NCBI GenBank assembly: GCA_043228905.1
Contig: JBHGNT010000007.1
Location: 6,510,001 to 6,574,000 of the forward strand
DNA length: 64,000 nt
Reading direction: 5' to 3'
Origin: Azolla caroliniana
Lineage: Eukaryota; Plantae; Polypodiophyta
The position numbers were made by a program, and so were the translations under genes. Below the pieces are notes generated by a model. The model ran no database searches and was not told the DNA's origin. It worked only from the letters and a program-made list of their open reading frames with translations. Positions 62,101-64,000 of the stretch are shown here, piece by piece. Numbering within the stretch: the stretch's first letter is position 1; each line of letters begins with the position of its first letter.

Positions 62101-62846
62101 CAAATAATAAAAAAGGAACTTACAAACCTGAAATGAAAGACAAGAATAATGACTTTCTATACCATACATGGAAAAGAAGATAGAGTGGGATATATTCCTT
62201 AATTAAAATTTTGGAAGGTAATGCAAGTCCATACATTTTGTGTTGAATTAAAGCAACAGTGTGTCTAAGATTGTCCATCACATTGTTTGGAAGGTGAGGT
62301 CTCTGCAATCACTGATGTCTGTTGTTTACTTTTTGACACATTTGAAGATTGAAGGGACTCCTTTTGGAGCTAGTTGCCTTTCTGTAATATGTACAGATCT
62401 TCTGTCACTAATCCAGGCTTGGGTGTGGATGCTCTGGATCCATCATATTCATTGCATCCCTCTCCTTGTCTCGTTTTGGAGGGATCTTGGATCTTGATTT
62501 ACTATCTCCATAATTGTCATGTGACCTATATTACTAGTGGAATTAAGACAATTCTCATTAAAGAGTTCACACAAGTATAATACCTTGGAACATAGGGATG
62601 GTATATTATAAGGTCAATATTAATAAGGCATGCTTCCAAAATCATTTTAATTTCTAGGGTTAAGAGCCCACAATCGAGAAAGGCCAGTGTAATATTATAT
62701 ATTATAATGTATGTTGGATACCTATGGTTTTCAATGCAGGTCGTGCAAAGTACAAATTCGCATCATTCTGGAACAGAAATCATGCCTTACGAGGACTACA
62801 ACGGGCAAACAAAAAGTTTGGAGATCTTCAAGAGCAAATAAAAAAG
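49923..62846 (+). CDS. BAGP1: BAG-associated GRAM protein 1-like (TM-C2-GRAM); first 11 coding exons, gene continues past the window
   Basis: Spliced exons 49923-50138, 50228-50281, 51666-51763, 55349-55424, 55585-55713, 55796-55842, 59688-59811, 59902-60015, 61680-61709, 61806-61905 and 62740-62846 have compatible phases. They encode [57 protein letters not shown] and [11 protein letters not shown]. Confidence 0.92.
50228..50281 (+). CDS. BAGP1: BAGP1 exon 2
   Basis: [18 protein letters not shown], bounded by AG/GT. Confidence 0.75.
51666..51763 (+). CDS. BAGP1: BAGP1 exon 3 (C2)
   Basis: [32 protein letters not shown]. Confidence 0.92.
52770..55130 (-). mobile_element. Two tandem degraded RTE/RTEX-like LINE copies in intron 3
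   Basis: Shared 3' end (GCCAAAATGGCCTATAAGACC) near 52810 and 53145; RT remnants [14 protein letters not shown] and NYRTI on the minus strand. Confidence 0.75.
55349..55424 (+). CDS. BAGP1: BAGP1 exon 4 (C2)
   Basis: [25 protein letters not shown]. Confidence 0.9.
55585..55713 (+). CDS. BAGP1: BAGP1 exon 5 (C2)
   Basis: [11 protein letters not shown]...[11 protein letters not shown]. Confidence 0.9.
55796..55842 (+). CDS. BAGP1: BAGP1 exon 6
   Basis: [15 protein letters not shown]. Confidence 0.8.
56900..57260 (-). mobile_element. Old RTE-like fragment
   Basis: Minus-strand [14 protein letters not shown]...ISLSAWNEI. Confidence 0.5.
57398..59372 (-). mobile_element. Head-to-tail RTE/RTEX-like LINE copies (57398-58147, 58147-59337, stub 59338-59372) with (TTTC)n tails
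   Basis: ORF 58708-59262 ([18 protein letters not shown]); [11 protein letters not shown] motif near 57900; repeated 3' UTR and GAAA tails. Confidence 0.85.
59688..59811 (+). CDS. BAGP1: BAGP1 exon 7
   Basis: [12 protein letters not shown]...[15 protein letters not shown]. Confidence 0.9.
59902..60015 (+). CDS. BAGP1: BAGP1 exon 8 (GRAM)
   Basis: [38 protein letters not shown]. Confidence 0.92.
60130..60490 (+). mobile_element. RTE-like LINE 3' fragment, opposite orientation
   Basis: Reverse complement of the same 3' UTR (CATTTTGGCCTCTTAAAAGATGTT). Confidence 0.7.
61287..61570 (+). pseudogene. atpA: Nuclear plastid DNA fragment: degraded 5' part of plastid atpA
   Basis: [15 protein letters not shown]...[17 protein letters not shown]...[16 protein letters not shown]...MGDGLT resembles the CF1 alpha N-terminus. 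Confidence 0.85.
61680..61709 (+). CDS. BAGP1: BAGP1 exon 9 (30 nt)
   Basis: [10 protein letters not shown]. Confidence 0.85.
61806..61905 (+). CDS. BAGP1: BAGP1 exon 10
   Basis: [33 protein letters not shown]. Confidence 0.92.
62740..62846 (+). CDS. BAGP1: BAGP1 exon 11 (probable GC donor)
   Basis: [22 protein letters not shown]...IKK followed by GCAAGG. Confidence 0.85.
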
Positions 62847-63292
62847 GCAAGGAAATTGAGTTGTAGATTTTGTGATCACTGTGGTTTAATCTTTGGAAAT
62901 TCCTTGCATGCAAGTACCTGAGGACTTATTTGATGCAACTGTGATTACATCTCTGTATTATTCTTAAATATAGATATGTAACATTGACCCATCTGAAGTC
63001 TTTTAATCTATTCAATGAAACATCTATTGAGTTGGATTTGTCTAAGCCATGGACCTAAAAAAAACGCTTGATGTCCAGGTGCATGTGTTTGTTGCCTTGA
63101 CTTTTGTTTCGAGTCCTAAAACCTCTGATGGGTGACCTGTCAGCTATGAAAGAGAGTATTAGACAGTCAAACTTTTCTAATTTAGGACTTCAAAAAGAAA
63201 ATTCCAATTATAACCGTCCCATCATGTTTTTAGGAGTCAAGATGAAATAGTTGTAAGGTCTGGCATGTCATAGAATACAATTAATTCACACC

Positions 63293-63640
63293 AGAAAGAA
63301 AGAAGGAAGAAAGATATATTAACATCTTTTAAGAAGCCAAAATGGGCAATAAAACAAAACAAGAGATTACATCTTAAGTGTTGTCTCGTCTTTGAGAACA
63401 ACAAATCAAAATAAATAAATGTTAGTAAGTAAAAATAAAAGTAAATAAGATAAAAAGAGACTAAAGAATCTTGTTATCGGCACATTTAAGTTCTCAAGTT
63501 AAAGATATATTGTAAATTTTGTCTTCGAAGATATCTAGCATACGTCGATCCAGAATGGAGAGGTCTCCAAATCGAGGGAAGCACCTGTGATGGTGGGAGA
63601 TAATGCCCTTTATCTGTCGATGACAAGGGTGGCCAGAGAC
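63293..63640 (-). mobile_element. RTE-like LINE 3' fragment
   Basis: Same GAAA tail and 3' UTR as 57398. Confidence 0.8.
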
Positions 63641-64000
63641 ATCCTGATCTGTTGCCCTGATTATCATTTATCATCTACAACATATCCGGTTTCAATCGTC
63701 ATCTGTAAATAGATTAGCGTCATCTTCTATTTAGAGAGATGCTGGTTAGATGTCTTAAAACCCATTCTTCATTCTTGTGGTTGAGCCACACCCCAATCTT
63801 CTTGTTGTTGAGAAGGTACACTTTGGAAGGGGGTAAACTTTGGTTACAATAGTTTGTGTTTGAAACAGTAATTGTTTTTCACATATTATGCTGGGCCTGT
63901 TGTATTTTATGCCAACAGGGCCTTTATTTGACCAAACAGATTTTCTTGGAGATTTCAGGTTATATATTCAAGTGGTTCTTTTTCTAGTACATATTTTCTA

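Overview
Eukaryotic, land-plant DNA; the retroelement families look bryophyte-like, which is an inference. Positions 1-40650 are a deeply nested LTR-retrotransposon cluster. An old minus-strand Ty1/copia is the outermost host. It contains a capsid-deleted Ty3/gypsy, which holds a solo LTR and a Tcn1-like chromovirus. The chromovirus in turn holds an intact, very young Phygy-like Ty3/gypsy (7718-14835). The copia also holds a second solo LTR and an internally inverted Phygy-like element (20048-34203), which carries another near-intact Phygy-like element (23328-30582). A truncated Tork/Tto1-like copia follows (36580-40650), then LINE remnants and AT-rich intergenic DNA. From about 49.9 kb lie the first 11 coding exons of a BAGP1-like C2-GRAM gene; its introns contain repeated RTE/RTEX LINE fragments and a plastid atpA fragment. 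Four signals stand out. (1) A -1 frameshift signal (G_GAU_UUU plus a covarying pseudoknot) sits after the protease in three Phygy-like copies, and an independent one (G_UUA_AAC) sits in the chromovirus. (2) The 4-bp target-site duplications are centred on CpG or its decay product. (3) tRNA-like Pol III A/B-box modules lie antisense in the U3 of three unrelated LTR families. (4) The chromovirus has a Tf1-type self-priming arrangement.
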